61,170 nucleotides of DNA from a virus (taxonomy: Duplodnaviria; Caudoviricetes): positions 1 through 61,170 of the IMG/VR virus record IMGVR_UViG_3300025131_008672. One strand, given 5' to 3'. Positions 21,401-28,571 of this stretch are shown here, in pieces. Each line of letters starts with the position of its first letter. Within the stretch, counting starts at the first letter, position 1. The translations under genes and the position numbers were made by a program. A model generated the notes under the pieces. That model was not told the DNA's origin and searched no databases. It was given only the letters and a program-made list of their open reading frames with translations.

Positions 21401-23193
21401 TTGGACTTATAAATATAAGAAAGATTATTATAGATATTCTTGTAAATAACATTCTTTATCTCATGCAGAGACTTTTCATATATACGTTTTTCACTACGAT
21501 CGGCCAGCTTTTCTATAACATCAGCCTCGATAAAGAGATCTGGAGCAACAAACCCATGAGATTGCAGAAGATGTTCCGCAAAAGGCAGCGGCTTATCGCT
21601 CCCACTTACATATGATATTTCTTTAAGACGACTTAGGTCACTGATTTGCATATGCAGCGTATCAAAATAGCTGCCCAGTATTTGAGTCAGCTTCTTCAGT
21701 TCGCCGGTTCCGTCGGCGTCGTCATCAATAACCCAGGACGGCATCGTATGGTAAATGGCGGCATTATTATTAACATCATAGTTAGAACCACTTAATTGCA
21801 GCCCATCAAGGAGGCTCACAACCGAAGGATGCTTGGGATATATAATGGGATCCTTAAATTCTTTAATGGCCGCGTTTGACAACACGATGGCAGATCCAGT
21901 GTTTCGAGAGTTTGAAGTATAACCAGTCCACGAACCATTAGAAAAGCGACCAGAAAAATCTAGTACCGTACTATCCGTAGTGCTATTTCCTGTGATGCCT
22001 TCGTTGAACTTAAAATAAACACCCAAATCTAAATTGGCACTTACTTCGGTCTGGATGAAGGGTGCGGGATCCGTATTAACGCCGCCGCCCACTTGAGTAA
22101 ACCAGTGACGCCCAATCTGTTGAGAGGTGCGTTGAGTCTTCCAGAAACGAAATTCATCTAAAGAAGCAGATAATTTGCCGGCATAGGCAGGCGTCGTCAG
22201 CTTACGCGGGGCTGTTACGAGGGCACCGAGTGTGGCGCGGAGATCATAACCCGATATATCGCTTAATGATCCCATTCCGCTAGCGGAGAGCTGTGTTTCT
22301 CTACGGAACTGCCCATCCATATAAAAGCGCGTAGTAACGTTTGTGTCTTGCTTCAGTGTGACCGCATAATGATGCCAGTTTCCATCAGCAACAGAGCCCG
22401 TAGTCGTGACGGAGGTGGGAGCGATGCTTGCCTCTGAGAAGCCGGTAGATCCAGAATATAGGGTGAGCAAGAAGGGCTGGGCGCCCAAAGGGAGACCGTC
22501 GCGTCGAGCGGCGCCTGTTAATTCCAATCGAAGACGTGCATAATTTGTAGCAGAAGAGGTTACTCCATTCCATATATCCAGAATAACTTCTTTCTCGGTG
22601 TTGGCAACGTTAAAAGCATCCTTCTTTAGCCAAAATTCGACCGATGCGCCTTCACTATTAACATTGAGGGCCAAGTTCGATCCTCGGTTCTTCGAGGGTT
22701 CATAATAATTGGATCCAGTGAACTGGGTCCGTGTAGGAGTGGCGCCGAGGGGGTTTCCCGAAGGGCCCCCTTTGACCGCAACATATTCTGGAAGCGATGA
22801 AGCTCCATAACCATTAGGGTATGTAGTGGGCGTCCCCCACCCATCAGCCGAAAAAATAATATAGCCATTAGTGCGGGGATATTTAGTGTCAAAAATATGA
22901 AGATCTATGTAGCTAGATTCATTCTCCCATTCTAGACGCTCTTGTAACGACCCATCATAGGGATAAGTCTGGTAAATGCGCTTGATAGCCTGGGTATAAT
23001 ATTCTTCCGCACTTCCGTAGCGCGCAAAATTAGCCGGCTTAGATAGATCGATTTGAGGAAGGTAGCGCTCCTCTTTGATAATATCTTGTTCATGATAGCC
23101 TACAGACTCAACCTGATCTGCGATCTCCGCGGCCGATTTATTCGAGAGGGCTTGAGTATCTGCTCCTATCTCAAAGTATTTCTTAAGACTCAT
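12421..23193 (-). CDS. Giant baseplate wedge-like protein (gp7/gpI-like) with multiple LamG/concanavalin-like domains, 3590 aa
   Basis: IYKSKGTEKSFRNLIRCFG resembles the KGT motif of P2 gpI/T4 gp7-type wedge proteins; LamG signatures SVEFWLK...WHHYAVT...LDEFRFW (about 22650-22130) and FSVSMWIYP...WTHAVFTY...FDGQMANAAIWGRELSANEV (about 16770-16190); follows gp25 and gp6 genes. Confidence 0.7.
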   Translation of the reverse strand: MSLKKYFEIGADTQALSNKSAAEIADQVESVGYHEQDIIKEERYLPQIDLSKPANFARYGSAEEYYTQAIKRIYQTYPYDGSLQERLEWENESSYIDLHIFDTKYPRTNGYIIFSADGWGTPTTYPNGYGASSLPEYVAVKGGPSGNPLGATPTRTQFTGSNYYEPSKNRGSNLALNVNSEGASVEFWLKKDAFNVANTEKEVILDIWNGVTSSATNYARLRLELTGAARRDGLPLGAQPFLLTLYSGSTGFSEASIAPTSVTTTGSVADGNWHHYAVTLKQDTNVTTRFYMDGQFRRETQLSASGMGSLSDISGYDLRATLGALVTAPRKLTTPAYAGKLSASLDEFRFWKTQRTSQQIGRHWFTQVGGGVNTDPAPFIQTEVSANLDLGVYFKFNEGITGNSTTDSTVLDFSGRFSNGSWTGYTSNSRNTGSAIVLSNAAIKEFKDPIIYPKHPSVVSLLDGLQLSGSNYDVNNNAAIYHTMPSWVIDDDADGTGELKKLTQILGSYFDTLHMQISDLSRLKEISYVSGSDKPLPFAEHLLQSHGFVAPDLFIEADVIEKLADRSEKRIYEKSLHEIKNVIYKNIYNNLSYIYKSKGTEKSFRNLIRCFGVDDELIKFNMYANNVEFELRNDRRNIVVADRFVDFNTGANKAGVVCNAVDTTNTASVGFITSSAALLDGHAITLESEILFPLKSDQASVAYVNTDTISSSLFGIHGVGKRNPGTNPTWPSTDRVNFQVYAVRDEINSTSVRFVLTSSTNGKVPYLTSPLFEEVYDNSRWNLAVRIKPEKYPLSAFVEGADLDPLRTTGSYTIELHGVEADAGEIVNTFTAAKTVDSVPVTFMTSSRRVYVGAHRVNFTGSVLQTSDVKVNACRFWLDYLQDSALGAHALDTESYGALHPHYYAYPFKPSSSYGDVTKFDTLVFNWEFLTNTGSNAQGQFQVADLSSGSAYRNRINSSFDALSTILNRQYTASGSNFAVSSTTPIDKDFIVSSKLNLPENLYSHDMVTVLGALDQNVFGPNSRPTNYFFAFEKSMYQVISEEMVNYFGGLRDFHNLIGDPVNQWRPEYKDLNFMRQKFFEKVQNKELDFDKFYEFYKWLDASLSVMLRQLVPASADVAENVRTVIENHILERPKYQRKFPFLEKNGATDITGTLQGFMGGDSSAQGSPDEYPQGSAFFTNTAFTKRQIGSSNTSQIRPWALFHAPVPATVWGDPPEQKNIYWHRYMEERTPASNRATAFASVKKTFDRRTLSPAKFSIEGATAPGGVARHHNSVVNYVFRAAAAWGGSIAGSAALKNILVSSGSTVEQLIESPDVFYPPFKQRLGFDLSGSATAGSISGPRHAPFSLYSSSVVGGYNAEVVANYASGVLLTNLHNDFVIDTDIPMQGPFPEKYVGGRYYRHTALNKGTDSNKTRGEGFRINFDNGGTQNVVGVAPKSLAILPPNAPHGSEDTSLPTAFRFRDETTKRPVNIRNIRMRTGSTVIGNYEKNYQVVNSNSRMKNDPFFNDQSFNFALYPETLATRGRFPLYLPAADTETSTYNLKSTLYMKNDGLANNNTYIFDESAISATPAMLQAKAFTMGVWLSASKNTCQLAGPAWDAAGYSGDGEERVIVSWGGYDGGMNFTPRRLFLKSGSTRPTLCIEIMRGAGTNPENTYWESANDIFTGPGWYHILFGVCDLGSQVKTTDFFASNHNIYVNGTVRSASYYRQGSYVSTVMAAMSGSSDDQVGAIFMPWDGAWIYAESFHSASIAEISFWSTKHMSASYGPQKLISSDTFRDALYATTTRTGSTGTRTNCSFRNLPLDWTHQGAASLTGTLVTDAAIAAVSGGYQLAAWYRPPNVGQDHIPWKNDGNFGGTLRWAEATAPDSPKAVISVLRLSSSARAFANDATTNFNIRGGQTTASYGHGTANCGGNLDYLIPQRTGSDSNQTIIVNRYAGSGYEVMSLGYMNPAHEELSVYNAAPYHNLSIIDYGLSGSASVDPVAARTITVVDQINKNRGLDQRASLHCGPFGSDAAYGSVPELTYVTVPSWHKTNRNRKRRPTEATHANITASIYDNLFVQHAIPQSEGQYAWISSSMAAGRSILTLDSPASVTASALYQLVTASVAYGEGDFVGLRSQILDDVNVHGRTLGFADPTLPLDVMTFNGTNSRLDIGPANTWNDLIGGSGAAAKAFSVSMWIYPLSYGSADSRLCEFGDASDRRMAYLSTTRVNFKIVTALGNTTLNSGVGTVPFNRWTHAVFTYAGGSGGTMRIYLQGVQNTSTSVVTDPVIIATDTCVLGNNDDANRGFDGQMANAAIWGRELSANEVKMLYNNGGRVNMAGVTPLLDELLTWFRFSSDLGDTDTSIVNRSGETSTGIPDSGTGTNTTISQIALNDNTSPAYSSNYINSDHYWDAPTLTNTNDYLNALLLNRNGPYGYPTWKQIRAGDSPVARGLRQQNILGQVRPPHAIPDIINNKVIGFTSPTRPNTAALYYEPPINSRCGTVQFYLEDNTTPPPAPFASMTRFDNNITLRVPYGNNLEYFNSEGLNNRLGLKIDLDKPMVFDTVRDFVVESDLSTVVEYSETMYPSARNMYRNTVRGRTAYTIDNIWNDSRAKRSALGGRVGTMGQTITTSSIWPLDAHLNFTTTSSVRPTDGAGELMNSYSRFSASYDTNGCSSKLPAQIGTQVAAPTYAWRLPTGRTSISGYSFEVLAGDVRWQAAEQSGKNPYQNYSTWADQIRLVGKDHSIIPEFRISEHLQTYYTTHNGDFLTDKINNLYEITGASPASSAQRTFFRTYSNTDFMKYFAAIDEDLNDTRAGDLKITRDRIKLKASGLIKFLPYKGFYPAERTLELATLFSQSYGGSFLRGATDVDSGADAFRIALEPMMSPGILFNTIKSGIAVGSCVLLNTSSVNFRALPREGQSNTAFANGYPEGTLWYKWLLDMGTGSVDSNGYHIAKVPFDAIRDPSTFFNYNNLRKIGNTQATLGMGASSAGFNTYLRAAPRLFDTAVFDTAATLPGQSMDSGSSTFATIANIQFAEHYVTKRRREEIIVKLKDPEGGYRYAIDNFLCESSNFFLNGITSIRSNREDQFKSVKSGSVYRSTLRLFRSAANARDSSKWDMYSRASAFGFPLATYAQFGVSYKKQVYPTFSHVLPPYYSGEAIAELIYTASYDGVPTVDEVLANLRIRYQREVTYINQSASLAIPLPGLDSIIPADRTAGRLNDPRMQLDSSFNLTEKVSEVPRGTNTQQNYWLIQSKFETPILNFANASYDSPPASVCLEGTQTSAGSLVTRGMWHQYGSVITSSTAGVFAEITDDGGIINSLADVVGFQKGISFRVGDVKKENKLEEAIVVVPYKIKKNKRQFFKVNRRMRNTLMYRNLEAAVDKYVFPPKFDFTRHKTVNPVLTYVFEFSADITQQDIADMWQNLPPDVEELIDEQEVVVEDRELLNLMATEGDTIEWLVFKVKKKAQREYNKYRRSLVTDDTSAIVPELRGPYTYNWPYDYFSIVELAKIDATAQWTSADMQFEISENDEGDLDGRPPPTIAAAIPSNPNASNRRGPPEVQEGSEGLRRSTRPTDDERPRRRRRPSRRRRRGGPAPLDPPEGSSR

Positions 23194-23203
23194 AGCATCC
23201 TAA

Positions 23204-24703
23204 TTATTCTTCAACTCTAAATTTGAAGGTTTGTGGCTGTTCTTGCCAGTCTCCTATACTATCATTATAGTAGGATAATCCAACGGCATACATGTAGCCT
23301 GACTCCAAAAGGGCCATGTCCAGATCAAAATAGTTACCGTCCTTGTCATAGGACAAATAGGTACTATAGCGAGATCCCGTTCCATATGGTATAGCGTTAT
23401 AGTTATCTGTTACTCTACGGATATTATAGGAAGCACTCGGTATAATTTGAGTTGGACTATTCGTCGTAGAAACAACGTATAATGTGGGGCTCCAATTTTT
23501 ATCTCTTACGAAAAAGCGGAATCGAGCTTTATCTTGCCGTGAATATTTCTTCTTAAGGTTGGTGCAGCTTGTGACTCGATTAAAAGTGGGGGCAGCCTCA
23601 TATGTGGGCATCGCTTGAGGATAAAAGGAGCCCGTAAAATATTGGAGGGATGAGCCGCTATGCCAGACATCGTAAACCTTCTGTAGGGGTGTGGCTGCCG
23701 AAGTAAGCGCTACCTGGCATGTGTAAATACCTGTGCTAACATTGCTCGCTGTGGCATTAATTATGCCATTCTGTATTAGAAGTTTTGCGTCTGTTGGTGT
23801 AGTGGCGGACCCAGAATAAAAAGATACACGAATACTCCCCGTACCAACGTTGGGAATATTAACAAGACGTCCACGAATATAATTGTAAAGGTAAAGACGA
23901 TTTAAATTATCTTCTGCTGGGGCTAACGAACTAGAATAGAAAAAGTTTTCTCTATCATCTGAAAGGCGCGAATCCCAGCGAGCTTCCAGAACGGGACGCT
24001 TAAAGAAGAATTCAGTAGAGCGTGCGAAGAACATCTTCGTATAATAAGACTGTGTGGCGCCTACCGTATTTTGAATAACACTTCCGCTATCAGTTCCAAG
24101 AGAACTGGAGAAGTATGCTTCTTGGCTTGCGGTAAGTCGAATTCCTACCCCGTAATTCGTTTGCGTCCCATTAATCCACCGCTCCACCAGGTTTGTAACA
24201 TTTAATTCGATGTTTTCAAATCCTTGTGGGAAATTAATATTATAGTTGTTCACCGTTCTATAGTCGCCCCCTACGGTGGTCCAGGAGGACGTACTGTTGG
24301 GTTTAATCCAATTAGCGCTTCCCAAATCTTGGTAGTTGGCCAGGTCCAGGCCGGTACCTTCGCTCCATGGGCGAGAAACCGGCGCCACAATAAGATTAAA
24401 ATTTTGAGGCAATGTATAGGGAGTCCGAGCATTATGCATCTTAAGAAAAAAGGAAACACTTCCACTGGCCCCCAATCGGCCGGCGGTGCGGTCTGCGGAA
24501 ATCTGTGTCACAGGAAAGTCGATCAGAATACGAGATAACTCCTGCGATTGTCCGTTGGAGCCTGAATCTTGCCCATATATAGAAAATACTTCTAGCGCGT
24601 CCGCATACCCCATATTAGAACCAGTACCGCGGGTCGTCAGATTGCTTTCAAATGCGCTCGCAATTGTAGTATCAGCGCTAGCAGTATAACGAAGAATAGC
24701 CAT
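23204..24703 (-). CDS. DNRLRE-domain-like structural protein, 499 aa
   Basis: DTTI...SRILIDF...WSEGTG...LNVTNLVERWINGTQTNYGVGI...RPVLE follows the DNRLRE domain pattern; sits between gp6-like and giant wedge genes. Confidence 0.55.
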   Translation of the reverse strand: MAILRYTASADTTIASAFESNLTTRGTGSNMGYADALEVFSIYGQDSGSNGQSQELSRILIDFPVTQISADRTAGRLGASGSVSFFLKMHNARTPYTLPQNFNLIVAPVSRPWSEGTGLDLANYQDLGSANWIKPNSTSSWTTVGGDYRTVNNYNINFPQGFENIELNVTNLVERWINGTQTNYGVGIRLTASQEAYFSSSLGTDSGSVIQNTVGATQSYYTKMFFARSTEFFFKRPVLEARWDSRLSDDRENFFYSSSLAPAEDNLNRLYLYNYIRGRLVNIPNVGTGSIRVSFYSGSATTPTDAKLLIQNGIINATASNVSTGIYTCQVALTSAATPLQKVYDVWHSGSSLQYFTGSFYPQAMPTYEAAPTFNRVTSCTNLKKKYSRQDKARFRFFVRDKNWSPTLYVVSTTNSPTQIIPSASYNIRRVTDNYNAIPYGTGSRYSTYLSYDKDGNYFDLDMALLESGYMYAVGLSYYNDSIGDWQEQPQTFKFRVEE

Positions 24704-26505
24704 TAGCGGATAGAACCTTTAATGTCAACATTAGGAAACTTAAGTTCAAAAATCATATTTTTCTCGGCAATAATGCGCATCCCATCAGCAGATAAATTTT
24801 TGACAAAATCATAACTTACATCTGAATAGGAGGCGCCCATTTGTCGCACCACACGCAAATCTCGTACATCAATTATTCCGTCTACTTTTTGGAGGATTTT
24901 ATGAAAGGCTGTTATATGAATACTTTCGCCAATAGAGTATTGGTGTCTCAACAAAAAATCGGACAAGGCCTTGTTTGCCTTATTAATAACCGTAAATCTA
25001 TTACTGCCAGGATCTATACTTATACTATATCTCAGTCCAAAGTTTACTATAGCACCATCTAAAATATCTACATTATCATTAATCATTCTATATTGTGCAA
25101 GCCACGTTTTTAAATTATTTTTGAGAGTAACGTTTGCCGCCACGAGCTTACCGCTTGTGCTCTCTGAGACTACATAAATGTTGAGGTTTCGCTTGAGTTC
25201 ATCAAAATCCCTGACAACCGTGGCGCGCTTAATGGCTCCAAATTTGGCCGGGAGTCCATAGCACAGGGCTTCATAATCTTGTGCAGTTACTGCGCGATTT
25301 TGGGTAGCGAAGAAGCCAAATACTCGCTGTTTAATTTCGTCCGCGGAAGGAAGCGATACATCTCCCACGAAAGGCGCCTCATTGGTTACCTCTAAGGAGC
25401 CCATCACAGTCGTCCGAGAGCCGGCATCTAGAGCTCCCTGATTTGGAAATTTAAATATCGGCTTACTCAAATTAATTATTGAGTTGACGCCTGCATTAGC
25501 ATCGCGCGTAGTGTTCACTCGATACCCAATTCGTAGTAGAGTATTAGCCGGAGCAATTCCAAATTTATCACTACTAATAAGCTTCGTAGGATCAAAACCA
25601 GTATCTGTGGTATAATTTCGCCCGGTAAGATCTAAAACCAAATTCGAAGGATCCAGAACAGCTTCGGAGAGAAGCTCTGAGTCCGATCCATAACCAAATT
25701 GCAAATATGTTCGATCTCCTTGGTGCTCCACCACAAAGCGCCGAGATACCGGATATGCCTTCATTATATTCTTAACAGTATTGTTAGTCGCGGTATCACT
25801 ATTGCGTACGGCTTTATAGATAGTATTCTGTGATAAATTGTCTACCTCATAATATTCGTGCCCCTCACTATCAGTCACGGTGGTCACTTCTGCAATATTA
25901 GCGGTTTCCAAATCAACTCGCAAAAAACGCTGAAAGGATCCCACCGTCGTCTCCTGAAAGCCGGCGCGGCCAGAGACAGCGCGACCTTGGGCGCGGACTA
26001 CATATGTGGTAGGTGCACCACCAAGACCTGCAGCAATCGTCCCGGCTACCACTTGATTGGTCGTTTGCGCGAAGTCCACATCATCAACTAAGGTATAAGA
26101 GCCCCCGTCCACAGAAGAAAATGTTGAGCCGGCGCGCAGAACGGGGGCGTATGCAAGATCCGGCCCTAAAGCGCTCCCATCTGCGGGAAGTTCAATATAA
26201 AAAGTCAAAGCACCATAAGAAGAAGGGCTGGCATCTATTTTAAACCCCATCTGTCGGGCTAAACGTACTACATTTGTATATTCAATAGCACTATCTAAAA
26301 AGCTTTCATTAGTTTGATAATCAAGATAAAATGAAAGGATATCGCCGATATAGGCTACTGTATCCAACATTAGAGAACCAAAAGATGCTTCATTAAAATC
26401 CCGATAAGTGTTGGGATAATAACGTTTAGCATAATTCTCTAGATCTTTGCGAATTGAATCAAAATCGCGGCTTGTATAATCAATAGGTATTAATTTTTTA
26501 CTCAT
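24703..26505 (-). CDS. Baseplate wedge protein (T4 gp6 / baseplate J-like)
   Basis: IDYTSRDFDSIR, YIGDILSFYLD, ESFLDSA, FGYG, QNRAVTAQDYE signatures. Confidence 0.9.
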   Translation of the reverse strand: MSKKLIPIDYTSRDFDSIRKDLENYAKRYYPNTYRDFNEASFGSLMLDTVAYIGDILSFYLDYQTNESFLDSAIEYTNVVRLARQMGFKIDASPSSYGALTFYIELPADGSALGPDLAYAPVLRAGSTFSSVDGGSYTLVDDVDFAQTTNQVVAGTIAAGLGGAPTTYVVRAQGRAVSGRAGFQETTVGSFQRFLRVDLETANIAEVTTVTDSEGHEYYEVDNLSQNTIYKAVRNSDTATNNTVKNIMKAYPVSRRFVVEHQGDRTYLQFGYGSDSELLSEAVLDPSNLVLDLTGRNYTTDTGFDPTKLISSDKFGIAPANTLLRIGYRVNTTRDANAGVNSIINLSKPIFKFPNQGALDAGSRTTVMGSLEVTNEAPFVGDVSLPSADEIKQRVFGFFATQNRAVTAQDYEALCYGLPAKFGAIKRATVVRDFDELKRNLNIYVVSESTSGKLVAANVTLKNNLKTWLAQYRMINDNVDILDGAIVNFGLRYSISIDPGSNRFTVINKANKALSDFLLRHQYSIGESIHITAFHKILQKVDGIIDVRDLRVVRQMGASYSDVSYDFVKNLSADGMRIIAEKNMIFELKFPNVDIKGSIR

Positions 26506-26522
26506 CCTCTTTTCTCACTTAT

Positions 26523-26915
26523 CTAAATTTTCTTACTTAAATCCAATATAACAGACATATGCAGCGGCTTTATAGTAAACTTAACTTTCATAGTCAGATC
26601 ATAGGGGAAGAAGTCAGGATTATTCTCTGGAATCCCATAGTCGATATCTGTTACGGAAAGATAGGGCAAATAAGTTGCTACTTGGGACAAAATTTTATCC
26701 GTTAGCCTTGAATATGTAACAGAATCTTGCTGTTCAAATAAAAATGTCTTAAGCCCTACTCCAAAATGGGGATCCATAATCCTTTCCCCGGGGACCGTAA
26801 GTATCAACATTTTTAAATTCTGTTTGGCCACTTCGGCAAAGGTGGTATTCAAGTGGTAGGCCCCAAATGTTGGGCTCATCACCAGAGGGAGAGATACTGA
26901 TAATCCAGTACTCAT
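26523..26915 (-). CDS. Baseplate wedge protein gp25/GPW-like (sheath initiator)
   Basis: KQNLKMLILTVPGERIMDPHFGVGL...LFE...YLPY, the classic gp25 motif; directly upstream of gp6. Confidence 0.9.
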   Translation of the reverse strand: MSTGLSVSLPLVMSPTFGAYHLNTTFAEVAKQNLKMLILTVPGERIMDPHFGVGLKTFLFEQQDSVTYSRLTDKILSQVATYLPYLSVTDIDYGIPENNPDFFPYDLTMKVKFTIKPLHMSVILDLSKKI

Positions 26916-26918
26916 TGC

Positions 26919-28571
26919 TTAATCCTCGTCTTCTTCTGATCCAGGCTCATTGTCATCGCAGTCATCCTCCGCCGTAACGTCTATAACATCTTGGGTTGTA
27001 CCCATTTCATCCGGCGGTATTTTAATTAGTCCCAATAATAAATAAATTATCCCTAATGGCGACGGCGGGATCATTAACATTCCCGAGATTGTCCCGGTAA
27101 AATCTACCCCCATTTCAGTAATACGCGGATGGAAATTTTCCGGCGGGGGTTCGCCGGTGGCGGGATTCGGCAGCTGCTTCATGGCCAAATCCAGTACACA
27201 TAGGATAAGTTTAAGGAGATCGTTGCCGGAGAGACCCACAAAAGCCTCCTTTTCTTCTTCGGTGATCAACATTTCTTTGCGCGCTGTATTAATCCCTGCG
27301 GCGGCAACTCCCAGCGGCGTCTCTAATTGGTTAAAAGCAAAACCAGTACCCGTTTTAATAAGCTTGGCGATCGCAACATGAGGGTCTATCAGCTCGACTA
27401 TCCCCTTAAGAATATTAATGGGCGTCATAATAAGCATCTTCAAAATAAAATCTTTGGCGGCGCCAGACAGGTTTCGATCATCTGGTATCGCACCAGTATT
27501 GTTGGCCGGTACGGTGCTCGGAGGGCCGGCCGTTGACGGCTCCGCTTTCCATCCGTCAGCATTACGAATCGTAGAGATTAATATTTCTGATGTTAGTTGG
27601 TTAGTGGTGGCAAATGCATCCCCAATATTTTGAAAATGTTTGGCGGTTAAAAAGAAATTTTGTACTAGAGGAAGGCTAGTAATTACTTCTTTATTAAAGG
27701 TAGTAGAAAAATAGGTTTTATAGTCCTTTTTTTCAATGATTTGCTCACGCTCGGTAGGAGTTAGGGCTTCTAATATAAAATCCGTTACCCCCTCTTCTAA
27801 TTCCGCTTCTTCCGTGAGATCTTCTATTTCTTCGAGAGCCTCTTCATCCGTAGGTCCAGGGGGATATGCAAATTCAATTAAATATTCTAGCGCAGCAAGG
27901 CCTGCTCGCACATTATCTAAAATCCATCGGTAGATTGTGTTATCGGTGCGCAAAACACTTCGATCCGGCGTGGTAGCCTTCAGCGACGTTCCATAGAGTT
28001 TATTATGAAGAGATACAATCTTTACGACTATACTATACGGAACAAATGCTATTCCACTATCTTCGTGTATAACAAAAAGATCGGGAGTATGATTGTCGTT
28101 ATATTTAAGGTCAGGCCGGGAGCCGCGGTTATATGAGAGAAAATCAGTTTTACTCCATGAATCAAGCTCGGTCCGAGGTCGATAAGTAGAGGTCCCCCAC
28201 TCCTCCGACGTCAAACCAACATTCCGGGCCCAATTTAATACTCTATTGGACTCCTTAAGACGCCAGAACCACGTAGAGCGTAGATTAACTCCAACCTCGA
28301 AGTTAACGTCTCCAATATCAGCAACCTTGCCGTCCAAAACCTGATCTGGGTCGCCAGATTCCGCTCCCGATAACTTCAGACGTTTCTTCAGGGCCCTGGG
28401 ATTATCGCCGACGACATTTTCACGGTAATCCATTGTGTCTACACCGGGGTCAGTGTCGCCATAAAGGACCAGATTATAAGCCTGCCATCGAGAACTCAGA
28501 CCCTGTGCGTCGGCAATAGGCTCCCAGTGAGGCGAGTCGTACAGAGGTAACAAAGTGCTTACGTCAACCAT
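26919..28571 (-). CDS. Hypothetical protein, 550 aa, with hydrophobic segment and acidic C-tail
   Basis: Long ORF, TAATG coupling; ISGMLMIPPSPLGIIYLLLGLI hydrophobic stretch; baseplate context. Confidence 0.5.
   Translation of the reverse strand: MVDVSTLLPLYDSPHWEPIADAQGLSSRWQAYNLVLYGDTDPGVDTMDYRENVVGDNPRALKKRLKLSGAESGDPDQVLDGKVADIGDVNFEVGVNLRSTWFWRLKESNRVLNWARNVGLTSEEWGTSTYRPRTELDSWSKTDFLSYNRGSRPDLKYNDNHTPDLFVIHEDSGIAFVPYSIVVKIVSLHNKLYGTSLKATTPDRSVLRTDNTIYRWILDNVRAGLAALEYLIEFAYPPGPTDEEALEEIEDLTEEAELEEGVTDFILEALTPTEREQIIEKKDYKTYFSTTFNKEVITSLPLVQNFFLTAKHFQNIGDAFATTNQLTSEILISTIRNADGWKAEPSTAGPPSTVPANNTGAIPDDRNLSGAAKDFILKMLIMTPINILKGIVELIDPHVAIAKLIKTGTGFAFNQLETPLGVAAAGINTARKEMLITEEEKEAFVGLSGNDLLKLILCVLDLAMKQLPNPATGEPPPENFHPRITEMGVDFTGTISGMLMIPPSPLGIIYLLLGLIKIPPDEMGTTQDVIDVTAEDDCDDNEPGSEEDED

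Noticed and set aside
12421-23193. Intein, intron or diversity-generating retroelement target within the giant gene
   Set aside because: No intein splice motifs or homing endonuclease motifs recognised, no reverse transcriptase, and no template/variable repeat pair seen.
2348-24703. N-x-S/T or Bacteroidota D-(S/T)-x glycosylation sequons as the explanation for Ser/Thr richness
   Set aside because: Such sites occur but did not stand out by eye the way [S/T]-[G/A/S]-S does, and those systems act in the periplasm or ER rather than where phage virions assemble; not formally counted.
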